Source: a virus
DNA: 64,000 nt
Virus record (IMG/VR): IMGVR_UViG_3300023184_000093
Coordinates: 9,000-72,999 of that record
Reading direction: 5' to 3' (one strand)
The number at the start of each line of letters is the position of its first letter. Positions within the stretch are counted from its first letter, which is position 1. A program made the position numbers and the translations under genes. This document shows, piece after piece, positions 9,801 to 21,200 of the stretch. The notes beneath the pieces were generated by a model that was not told the DNA's origin, did not search any database, and saw only the letters and a list, made by a program, of their open reading frames with translations.

Positions 9801-12194
9801 AATGCAGGTACACCTACAATATATATAAATGGAGTTTATCAACCAATTGTTGTATCTGGATCTAGCACACTAACAAATTCTACACAAACATTCGGGATAG
9901 TAGTAGGAGCGTACTTTAATAAATTCTATAATGGATCTATTAGTAATCTAAGAGTATCAACTAGTTCTGCTGTGTATTCTACCATTGGCATCTTTCCACC
10001 TACTGTACCAGTAAATATATCAACTAGTACTATTTTATTAACTTGTAATACATATAGACATGCTGACAGCAGTATATCATCATTTGCCATTAGCACAGGA
10101 ACTACTACTAGTATACCAAAAATACAAAAATATTCTCCATTTACATTAGGATATCCTTATACACCAATATCCATAGGTGGTAGTGCTTTTTTTAATGGTA
10201 CCAGTGATTATCTGTTTTCAACTACTATTACAACTCCTTCAGTTGAATACTTAATAGTTGCTGGCGGCGGTGGTGGCGGTTCAGCAGACAATAGTGATGG
10301 TGGCGGCGGTGGTGGTGGTGCTGGTGGATTGTTAACTGTTGCTGGAGTTTTTGTACCCGCAGGAACACCAATTACTGTTACTGTGGGTGGTGGTGGTACT
10401 GGCCGTGCAAATAATTCTGGACTAGCAGGCAGTAATGGAACAGATTCGGTCTTTGGTAGCATAACTGCTACTGGCGGTGGTGGTGGCGGTGCCTTCGCAA
10501 CACCAGGCGGCTCAGGCGGCTCAGGTGGCGGTGCCTTTGGTAGGGCTAGTCAATTGGGCGGTGCTGGCACATCAGGACAAGGATTTTTTGGAGCGAACTC
10601 AGGTGGCGGCGCTCTCGGCGGCGGGTGGGGCGGCACAGGTGGTGGTGGTGCAGGTGCGTCAAGTATTATAAATTCTAATGCTAATGGAACCGCAGGTGGT
10701 GCAGGCGTAGCATCTTTAATTACTGGAACATCTGTAACATATGCAGGTGGTGGCGGTGGTGGTAGTGGTGGTGGCGGTGCTGTTGGTGGGGCTGGTGGAA
10801 CAGGCGGCGGCGGAGCTGGTGGACGTAACACAGTCAATGCAGTTGCAGGAACAACTAACTCGGGTGGCGGTGGTGGTGGAAGTGGGGTAATCGCCAATGG
10901 TGCTAACGGCGGTTCTGGTATTGTTATTATTAGATACTCAGATAATTATCCTGTCGCAACAGCTACAGTTGGTTCACCTACATATACAGTGTCAGGTGGT
11001 TATAGAATATATACATTTACAAGTAGTGGGTCAATAACGTTTGATAATGTTTTTGGGTTGCCGACAGCAGTTCCTTTACAACTTGATTCAGATTTTTCTA
11101 TTGACTGCTGGGTATATACTACAGCGACCACAGCTCAATGTATTTTTGATTTTGCCGGCAATAACGGCAATGCACTACGTCCAAATTCATTTGCATTGAA
11201 CATGGCCGCAACGACTAGATTACTGTCATTCAGTTATAACAATACGATATCTCCTAATTCATCTACAGCTATTAATGTTAATACATGGAATCATATTGCT
11301 GTAACAAGGCAGGGTGGTGTTATGTCAATATATCAAAATGGTATTGCAACATTAATTACTAACACATCAACTAATTTTTCCAATGGACAACTAGTAATAG
11401 GCAGAAACGGCCCAACATCAGCGTCGTTTTTTAGTGGATATATATCAGATTTTAGAATAATAAAAGGTCGCTCAATATATAGCGGTAATTTTAATCCACC
11501 TGTTGCACCTTTAAAAGTTATAGATGCAACTAACAGTACATCACTGTTATTGAATTTTAGCAATGTTGGTATAACTGATTCTACAATGCAACATAATGTT
11601 CTTGTATTAAATTCTGCTACCATGTCATCTGCTGTTACAAAATATAATTCTAAAAGTATATATTTTTCAGGAGTAGCTGATTCTATATCAATCATACCAG
11701 TATCTACTTCTAGTTATTCTTTAGGAACTCTTGATTTTACTGTAGATATGTGGGTATATGTTTTACCACAAACAATTTGGGCAGATAGACAAACTCTACA
11801 ATCGGCAACTATAAGAACAATTTTTGATATGAAATCACAAAATTTAGCCAATGCTGGGTTTGATATATTTTTAGGCACCACAGGTACTTTGAATGTTAGT
11901 ACATTAAACCTTGCTTATATAACAGGAACTACATTTATTAGTGTTAATACATGGAATCACATAGCATTGGTTAGACAATCAAATAGTTTTAGTTTATATT
12001 TAAATGGCATTCCTGAAGGACGTACCTATACTGGGGCCGTTCCTAGCTTTATCAATCCAATAGTACGTATAGGAACTGGTGCTCTAGCAACTGGATTTTT
12101 TAGTGGCTATATTGACGAATTACGTATTATCAAGGGAGTTGCAAGATATACTGCTCCATTCATTGTACCCCAGAAAGCTATTCCGGTTAAATAA
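6882..12194 (+). CDS. Large fibre/adhesin with Gly-rich, SPRY-like and LamG/ConA-like domains
   Basis: 1770 aa with repeated 'FTIE.W.Y ... W.H.A..R ... Y.NG ... GYIS..RI.KG' LamG motifs and poly-Gly domains. Confidence 0.85.
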   Translation: MTLDLGIIRRQRYFSTSTATPLTTSTYAQGGNITSYIYNGTTYIAHIFTVSGIFTVTSAIYPLDILAVAGGGGGASSGVSAGTGAGGGGAGGVATTGVVNNINRIYPSSSYIAVTTSTIANAVGGWVPSVFSDFVGGTGGFHFTWSAVQQTGGGARTIPIPEQGGDNNTVFQRYYLELAITGIGPADVAIGLIRDGAVKDGYANIPYVNLNGGTVNNWTGVGTALGTFVPGDTLQIAWSAADQLTSYLTYWWVGKNGTWANATPWDAANAGYTTGTYQTSALRLIVMSAASGGGAVRGRFRSGSENLYTSQAISAGNYGTTITNHSAYYTSSLGSGYFSTGTTFGVTIGAGGVKGGGLVENNFGANGGDTVIYNATNPSFFYSAYFANSYITVTNPVFAFGTDNFTIETWIYPTASYGQSGGNYVHPIFNSRSFSGTDVANAGFIVYLDSNNKVGVYTNGTTYLTTVNIVANAAWSHIAVTRNSNIINVYINGVKDASSFTASATQNFTNNLVMIGYGNNQTNIAIPQYLQGYLSNYRIVRGLSVYTNSFTPPTTISSATQSAGTNINAITTQTVLLAFNTATIGDISTLTNVLTQTSGTITVSTFAPFTTSSVLIRAFGGGGGGGGTAPGFYGNGQNGGSGGGAPGSGGSNAYMIGGAGFPGQGNRGGHGGNALGCGGGGYAYIGGPALNGLPGGWSPGFNAAGYGGAGGYFNHSGVVTAYAGGGGGGAWSSSGYNPGLGGIGGGGNGAYVGAAQINATAGTVNSGGGGGGGNYLATNSAAAGGSGIVIFRYPTNIPDPDRITRLGITDPYLKNTILLLSGQISNTATNNSIIDSSNNFASFIVSATNTISQGAFSPYGSQWSTSFNGVTDYISFVSTVTTGTAFQQNVFWGANKSFTIEAWLNPNGPQLSNTATIILGDASPTGLGLAWGVGLDSSNKPMMYWKDPANTGNFLTATNILSTGTWTHVSWISNAGTPTIYINGVYQPIVVSGSSTLTNSTQTFGIVVGAYFNKFYNGSISNLRVSTSSAVYSTIGIFPPTVPVNISTSTILLTCNTYRHADSSISSFAISTGTTTSIPKIQKYSPFTLGYPYTPISIGGSAFFNGTSDYLFSTTITTPSVEYLIVAGGGGGGSADNSDGGGGGGGAGGLLTVAGVFVPAGTPITVTVGGGGTGRANNSGLAGSNGTDSVFGSITATGGGGGGAFATPGGSGGSGGGAFGRASQLGGAGTSGQGFFGANSGGGALGGGWGGTGGGGAGASSIINSNANGTAGGAGVASLITGTSVTYAGGGGGGSGGGGAVGGAGGTGGGGAGGRNTVNAVAGTTNSGGGGGGSGVIANGANGGSGIVIIRYSDNYPVATATVGSPTYTVSGGYRIYTFTSSGSITFDNVFGLPTAVPLQLDSDFSIDCWVYTTATTAQCIFDFAGNNGNALRPNSFALNMAATTRLLSFSYNNTISPNSSTAINVNTWNHIAVTRQGGVMSIYQNGIATLITNTSTNFSNGQLVIGRNGPTSASFFSGYISDFRIIKGRSIYSGNFNPPVAPLKVIDATNSTSLLLNFSNVGITDSTMQHNVLVLNSATMSSAVTKYNSKSIYFSGVADSISIIPVSTSSYSLGTLDFTVDMWVYVLPQTIWADRQTLQSATIRTIFDMKSQNLANAGFDIFLGTTGTLNVSTLNLAYITGTTFISVNTWNHIALVRQSNSFSLYLNGIPEGRTYTGAVPSFINPIVRIGTGALATGFFSGYIDELRIIKGVARYTAPFIVPQKAIPVK

Positions 12195-12216
12195 GTGATA
12201 ATGAGAAATTTGAAAA

Positions 12217-15200
12217 ATGCCATATGATTTAGGGGTAATTAAAAGACAACGTAGAGAACCACCTGTTATTTCCACCAGTACCTATGGTGGAAATTTTGTG
12301 GGATTTTATTCTACAGGTATAGGTGATAATATTAATTATTATGCTGTCCATGTATTCACCTCATCGGGGCAATTCACCAAACCTAGTTATGTAACTACTA
12401 CCACTGCACAGGTATTGGTAGTTGCTGGTGGCGGCGGGGGTGGTCTTGCAGGTGGTATTAGTACTAGTCCCGGCGGTGGTGGCGGGGCTGGGGGTGTCAT
12501 AAATTCTTCGACATATTCTATCACTGCCACATTAACTATATTAATTGGCGCCGGTGGGCCAGCGGCAGGAGGAGACGTCGACCCGGCAATAGGCACAGGA
12601 AGTGCTAGTACTGTAACTAATGGTGTTACCATACTTGTAGCATCAGGCGGCGGTCGCGGTGGCTATAATTATAGCACTGGAATAGATCCTCAGGCATCAG
12701 GTGGTGCAGGCGGTTCAGGAGGCGGCGGCTCCTATGCTGGATTTGGGCTCGGCGGAGCCAGCACCAGCACACAAGGTAATATTGGTGGTACTGGTAATGC
12801 AGGTTATACCGGTTCACCTCTTTATGCAGGTGGTGGAGGTGGGGCTGGTGCAGTTGGTGGTTCTGCAAATGCCAGTGCTTCGGGTCAAGGTGGATCAGGT
12901 ACGATTACCCTTATTACAGGATCTCCAATTTGGCTAGCAGGTGGAGGTGGCGGTGGTGCCAACGCAACTGGATACAACAACGGTAGTTATGGCGGTGGAG
13001 GCCCCGGTGGTACTACATCGGCGGTTGCTGGAGTAGCAGGAACAACTAACTCAGGTGGTGGTGGTGGTGGTGGCGGTGGTACTACCGGTGCTGGCGGATC
13101 AGGTGGTAGTGGTATTGTTATCATAAGCTATGCCATCCCTGCAAACTTATATCCAATAAATCAATCTGATCCATACTTTGGCAACAATTCCTTATTGTTA
13201 AATTCTTTAGCTTTATTACCAGCAGCAAGTTTGAATAAAATTTCTAGCATAATTTCAGACCTTAGTTTAAATCAATATGCTGTGACTAATAATGGTTCAC
13301 TAACTGGCAAATTAAATCCATTTGCCCCGGGGCCATATCATAGCCTTTATTTCAATGGCAATAATTTTATAAGTATAGCAACAATAAATGCAATGCCTGC
13401 AACTACTACAGATTTTACCGTAGAGTTTTGGATGTATACAGTATCATCTGATAACATTACTAATCATTGGTTAATTGGAACAATTGTAACTAATGGATTT
13501 TATGTTTTTCATCGCAATAATTATATTAATATTGGACAAGTTGGCGTAATTACATATACATCGCCAGCTGTATTTTCATTAAATCAGTGGACACATGTTG
13601 CTATTGTTAGAGCTAGTAATATTTTTTATATATATCAAAATGGAACTTCTGTTTTTACACAATCATGGAATCCAACATTAGTAGCTGGTGGAGTTTATAT
13701 CGGTGGTGCTTCTAGTCAAAATGCATTCCATACAGGATATCTTTCAAATGTTAGAGTTGTATCATCTGTGGTGTATACAGGTAATTTTGCAATACCCACT
13801 GAACCATTGAGCACTGTACAAAATGCATCATCAAACAATATATCAGTAATTACAGCAGGTACTACGTTATTAACAGGTAGATTTGCCACAACTTCAACAA
13901 GTATAGTTGATTACAGTACTCTTACAAATTCCATGGTTAATTTTGGAGTCACTCCCAGTAGCTTAAATCCATTTAATAATTTAAATTCTTATAGTGTTAG
14001 TTTTAATAATAGTTCTTTAAGTGCAACAAAAACAAATGGTTGGGTATCAGGTAATTACACTGTAGAAGCATGGGTATATTTAAACACAGTTACTAATGCA
14101 TCGAATAGTATGTTGATAGCCGGAACATATGGTTATGGAAACATAATACCTTACATGTTCGGTTGGGAATTAACAATCAACAATTATTTAATAACACTTA
14201 ACTTTCAATCTGATACCACTGGTTATAACCCTATTAAAATAAAAACATTAGCCACCACTGCAATAAACACTGGTGGACAACTTCTTACAGATATTAGTTT
14301 ATATAATGCTCCTCTAAACATATCTTCCAACCTTTCTCAATCCCTAGAAAGTTGGATATTTCCAACAAATCCATTTAATAATAGATATGGTAGTTTTGCA
14401 AATATGGCGATGTACAATTCTCTATATAACTTTAACTATGGCCCCGTTTCTCGTCCTAGAATGGACACCATACCGAGTTTCGATGGAGCCACCCGGACTT
14501 TTACACTCGAAGCATGGATATTTATGGACCCAAATTTGCCAGTTTTCAACCTTGCTGGACCTATTATTCAAGGTGTTGATTGGGCATTTGGTATTGGCAA
14601 CAACGGTACTGCATGTAAGTTACAATTTGTGTATAGAAGGTGGAACTCATCAAGTGCCACTAGAGACTTCTATCCATATCTTGAAGGTCCTAATAATAAG
14701 AGCATGACCAGCACAGCATCTGTACCAATAGGACAATGGGTACATGTAGCGTTTGTGAAGAATGTAAATCCTATCTACCCTAGTTTTTATATAAATGGAG
14801 TTCAAGAAATTAGTAACACCGGGTTCTATTATACCGGCGGCGACTATATGAACCCAGACAACACTTATGCTCAAGTTGGTGGTGTCGGGCTTCTTTCTTA
14901 TGTTACAACCGGTAATATTGGTACTACTGGATATTTGGATATGAATGCAAAATTGTTCGCTTTTATATCCAATGTTAGGTTAGTTCAAGGAGTAGCAGTA
15001 TATACTGGTAATTTTACCGTACCTACTGATAATTTAACCATTACACAATCTAGCGGGACAAACATATCTGCTATTGTTTCTAACACTGCTACAACTCTTT
15101 TAACAGCAGTTACCACAGCCTCTATAACACAACAAGTATTTTCAACAAGCACTTGGTATCATGTTGCATTTACAAAATCATCAAATATTGTCTCACTATA

Positions 15201-18200
15201 TGTTAATGGCGTTGGTTATGCATCATTAACATTACCTGATTCTAATTTTCAAGAAAAAAACATATTACAAATTGGAAAATCATATTCCCCAAACAATATC
15301 TTCCTGGGCACCTTTTATGGAACTCCGTTATATGGGAATATCAGCAACTTTAGAATCGTTAATGGTACTGTGGTATATCCTGGAAACTTTACTGTACCTA
15401 ATGGACCATTACAATTAACACAGGTTGCCAACGCATATGGTGGAACCAATACCGCTGCCATTTCTAATGCAACCTCTGTTACTTTCTTAACAGCAAAATA
15501 TTATTCTTATGTGGGGCTACTTCTTGGATTTAATGACGCTGGATCAAATAATCTAGTTGTTACACCAACCGGTAATCCAGGACAAGGAACATTCAGTCCA
15601 TTTGGTAACAATTGGAGTATGTTGTTTAATGGTACCACTGATCATTTAAGCATACCTATTGCAAATTCATCTAATTCTGGTACATCATTTGCATTGGCGT
15701 TTAATAATAATAATTGGACTATAGAAACTTGGGCATATCTTACTGCAAATGCAGGTACTGCATATATTGCCGGTCAATATAATACCAGTAATTATTCTCC
15801 TTTGGGATTATATATTACTGGAAATAAACCCGCAGTTGGAGTATCAAATGCAGGTACATTATGGAATATTAACCCCACATCACCTAATGTATTATCAACA
15901 GGTACATGGAATCATATTGCCGCAGTACGTAATGGTGGTAGATATAGTCTTTATGTTAATGGAATAGAGCAAATATTTGCTGTTAGTTCAGTTCCCACAG
16001 TTGACAATAGTGTCAATGCTGGAGTATTAGTTGCAACTAATACAATTAATTCTGCACTAAATCCATTTGATCAAAGTATATATAATAGTTTATATTTTGA
16101 TGGTGGAAGTTATTTAAATTTATCAGCTAATGCAGGATACAACTTTGGTACTGGTGATTTTACCATAGAATGTTGGATATATCCATTAGCATATGTCGTT
16201 GGATCGGCAACTGCTTCGGAAATTATTGACCTTTGGTCAAATGCAAGCGGCAGTTTTATAGTTGGACAATGGCAGATACAAATTAGTGCCGCTGGTTTAA
16301 TTCAATTCCCATACGCTACTGGTGCTGCTGGTGCTGCAACGCTTACATCAATTGCAATCATAACATTAAACGCTTGGTCACATGTTGCTGTAGTTCGTTC
16401 AGGATCGGCTGTAGGCAATCTTAAAATATATTTAAATGGAGCTGTTGTTGCAACTAGTGCCGGAGCAGTGATACAAAATATAGGTAGTACCGGGGCAGGT
16501 TCAATTGGTAAACAAACCAATGTTGCAAGTATTCCTTATTGTTATAATGGTTACATATCAAATGTACGTATAGTTAAAGGACAGGCATTATATACTGCTT
16601 CATTTGTGCCACCTGCCTCCTCAATAGGTGTTGTACAAGTCGGTGTAGCTGGTGGTGGACTGGCAACTTCTACTTCTACAAATACCACACAACTATTAGT
16701 TGGTAAATTTATCGATCAACGATATTTCTTTGATGATTATAGTTTAAACAATTTTACACTGACAAATAATGGAGGAGTTAGTGCTGCTACTTTATATCCA
16801 CCTATTAACTCAACTAGTACATTTAATAGTATGTACTTTAATGGTACAACACAATATCTAACAATCCCCAATGCTACGGCGATCACACTTAACACTGGTG
16901 ATTTTACTATAGAGGCATGGGTATATACTACAGTATTAAACGGACAAAATGGTATATTTGGTAAAAGAGAATTACTGCAATACTATGGTGTAATATTCCG
17001 TGTTCTTAATAGTACAAATAAACTGGTCATGCAAATTGCATCTGATACAGGTAATACATGGGCAATTGATGCTAATCTTGATTTTGGATTACCTGCATTA
17101 ACAATAAACACATGGTATCATGTGGCATTAGTAAGAAATGGTAGTTCTTTTAGAATATATCAAAATGGTGTAGGTGGAACAATCTATACCTATGCCGGCC
17201 TTATCGCACACAATACTGCACCTGGATATATTGGTAAATCAGACGGATCAGGTGGAGGACAATTTTGGAATGGATATATTTCTAACTTTAGAATTGTAAA
17301 AGGTGTTGCAGTATATACAAATAATTTCACAGTACCCACAGGACCATTAAACAATGCACAAGTTGCTAATCCATACGGAGGATTTAATACACAGGGCATC
17401 AATAATAACGGCACAAGTATATTAATAGCAAAATCATCTTCCTTGATCAATGAAGGCAATGTTGCTGTAGACTATAGTATTGTTCCTAATTATATGACCA
17501 GTGCAGTCAGGCCTACAGTTAATAATTTCTTTCCACCTATTGGTTCAACTAGTACATATTATAATAGTTTATTTTTTGATGGTACTCAAAGTCTTACTCT
17601 GACAGCACCACAAACTTCACTTTCGTTTGGTACCACTGGCGAATTTACCATAGAAATGTGGGTATATCCTACAGCTCTTGCACTCGATGGCATCGCAGCA
17701 GGTTTAATAGATGCAAGGGCAGGCCAAAGCGGGTCACCTTGGGCTCTTGATTTAACATTGTCTGGTGGTAATATGTACCTTCATATGACAGTGAACACTG
17801 GTGGTGGCCCTACGGGTGTTACTCCAATACCACTAAACAATTGGACACATATAGTTTTTACAAAACAAAACGGTGCAATAAAATATTATGTCAATGGTGC
17901 CTTAGATATTTCTAGTACTTCTAATGCTAATACATCTCCGTTAGATGCAGGAAGTGCTACTCAAGTAATAGGAAGAAATAACGAAAGTGGACGTTTTTTC
18001 AAAGGTTATATTTCTAACTTAAGAATAGTAAAAGGTCTAGCAGTTTATACAGGGCCATTTACTATACCTACTCGACCATTAACAATTACACAAACCGCCA
18101 ACCCCTACGGTGGTAGTAATGTACAGGCAATATCCACTGGTACCTACACATCGTTATTAACCATATTACCTGTTAACGTTAGTAATATAGTTGATTATAG

Positions 18201-21200
18201 TACTAACACATCCGTGATAACCATAGGGTCAGGTACAGTTAGTTTAAGTACATTGGATCCATTCATTGCAAGTACTTATAATTTACATAGCGTTTATTTT
18301 AATGGTAATAGTTCATTGTCTCTTACTTCTTCAAGGCTAGCACTAGGCAGTTTGTTGTTCAACGGTACCAGTCAGACTCTTACCTTTTCGGCACAAACTG
18401 CACTTTCGTTTGGCACTGGAGATTTAACCATAGAAATGTGGGTTTATCCTACCTCGCTTGCACCTGATGGTATATATGCAGGGTTAATAGATGCAAGATC
18501 AGGATCTGGAAACACGTCGTGGAATGTTGGCTTATTTGTATCTGCAGGTAATATGTATGCTTACATGCAAATAATAGGAGCCACAGGAAATCCATCGGGT
18601 ACTACTATAATTCCATTAAATGCTTGGACACATATAGCCTGGACAAGACAAAGTTCTACATTTAAAATTTTTGTTAATGGTGTTGTTGATTATACTGCTA
18701 GTGAGACTCGTGCAATTGATGCCGGAGGTACTAGTCAAACAATAGGAAGACATAATGAAGCAGGTCGTTATTATCGTGGTTATATTTCTACCTTGAGAAT
18801 TGTTAAAGGTACCGCAGTTTATACATCATCCTTTAATCCATTATTACAAGTAATTGGTAATATTGTTAACACATCATTGCTATTATTAGTTACTAGCGAT
18901 GCCAATAAAATAATAGATTCAAGCAGCACTCCGGTTACATTAACTAATAATGGTGCTGTTTCTTTTAGTTCCGTGACGGTTCCGCCAGCCCCGCAATATT
19001 GGTTATATAGTGATCACACAGTAGAGTCATGGGTATATTTAAACTCGTCTACAATTACAACTAATAATATAACAAGTAATATGTTAATAGCCGGAACATA
19101 TGATGGTGCGACTACTACCGGCTGGGAATGGACAATCAATCCTTATGTGATGACACTTAATTATAGAAATTCTGGAGTAGTAATATCTTTTGGTACAAGT
19201 CAATTACCTATTCTTAGCCAGGTTATTGCAGACAGAGGTGGAATTGGTCTAAGTCCAACAAACACAGCGGTAACATTAAGTCCTGCAAGTCCTCTTTCTG
19301 ATGGTTATGGAAGTTTATATTTTAACGGTACAAATGCCCAAATAACAAACCCAAAAAATAGTGGATTCGATTATGGATCAGGAAGTTTTACTATTGAATC
19401 TTGGGTATACTATCTTGGCACAGTCGCCTCAACTACTATTATAGGTCATCAGGCTGGCCCAACTCCGGGAAGATCCTGGATGTTTACTATGCTAATTGCC
19501 GGCCACTTATATTTTGATTGGTCCTCAAATGGTAGTTATGGCACGCCCGGGTCTTTTGTTAGTTCTTCAACCGCTCCACTAAATCAATGGAATCATGTGG
19601 CATTTGTGAGAAATGGTACAATTTACACATTTTATATAAATGGTGTTGCTGCTGGCTCGGGTTCCATGACTGCTGGGATAGCGTTTCCAAATTCAGGGTC
19701 ATTGGCCATTGGTTATACTGCAAATGAAACCACAAGCGGACAATCATTTTTTAAAGGGTATATATCTAACCTACGTGTAGTTAAAGGACTGGCAGTATAT
19801 ACTGGTAATTTTACACCCACTGGGCGATTAACTTCTACACAAGTTGCCGGTACAAATATACAAGCAATATTAACTGCAAGTTATACCAGCATTTTATTGG
19901 CGGCAAATCCAGCAGTTTCTTCTCAAACATTTGCACTAAACACATGGCATCATGTAGTATTCACAAGACAAGGCACTACCTCTACAATGTATATTAATGG
20001 TGTTCAAACAACATCAACTGTGATCAGTGGATATACCGATCAATATACTCTCCGCCTTGGATACATAGGATTTACTAGCCCTACATCATCCTACCTAACA
20101 GGATATCTTAGTAACTTTAGAATAGTCAATGGTGTAGCGGTGTATACAGGAACAAACTTTCTTCCACCCACTGGTGTATTAACTTTACAACAACCAGCTA
20201 ACCCGTTTGGTGGAACAAATACTAATGCTATTACAGATACTAATAATATTAGAATTTCAACATTGGCATTTAGTGGTGTTACCATAACACCATATAATAC
20301 CAATTCAAATATGTTGATAGGTAGAGCAGGATCTGGTATAACCAGCGTGTTTCCTGGATATCTATCTAATTTTAGAATAGTCAATGGTACCGCAGTGTAT
20401 ACTGGTAATTTTACTGCACCTAGAGCACCATTATCATTACTTAAGAATACTAGTTTGTTAATTGCCGCTAGTAGCTGGTATGTAGATAAAAGTCCATATA
20501 ATTTTCAAATCAGCACTGGAACGGTGAGTAGTGTGCCTGCTATAACAAAATTCACACCTTACAAAATACCCGGTGAATATAATAGATCTATAGTTGGTGG
20601 TAGTATATATTTTAATACAACAACAGCAGCTGGACAGAATTTAAGTCTTGGTTCGCCTAGCTCATTGGCATTAGGTAGCGGAAATTATACAGTAGAATGT
20701 TGGATATATATTAATGCATATAATACATTAAACAGTGTTATTATAGATTGGCGTACTAATGCGGGCACCACTGCCGGTGTACCTGTATTATATCTATTAG
20801 CCAATGGAACTATACAATGGCAAAATACTGGCGGCACAGGTCTTTTAACTTCAGCTGTAACTTCACCTATCTCTGATCGTATAATATTGAATACATGGAA
20901 TCATATTGCCATGGTTAGATATAATTCAATGTTGTATATGTATATCAATGGTGTGGTTGTAGCCAATGTAGCAGATTCTACAGCATTAACAATTCAAACA
21001 CTTTTCATTAATAGTCCCATTACAGCCAGCAATCAAACATTGTTTGGTTATGTATCTAATGTTAGAATACTAGCAGGAACAGCTTTGTATGTACCAAGTA
21101 TAGTTGTTCCAACTACAACTTTAACAGTTCTTCCTGACACGGCGTTATTGGCATTAAAAACCAATGCAACTTTAATTAAAGATAATTCACAGAATAATTT

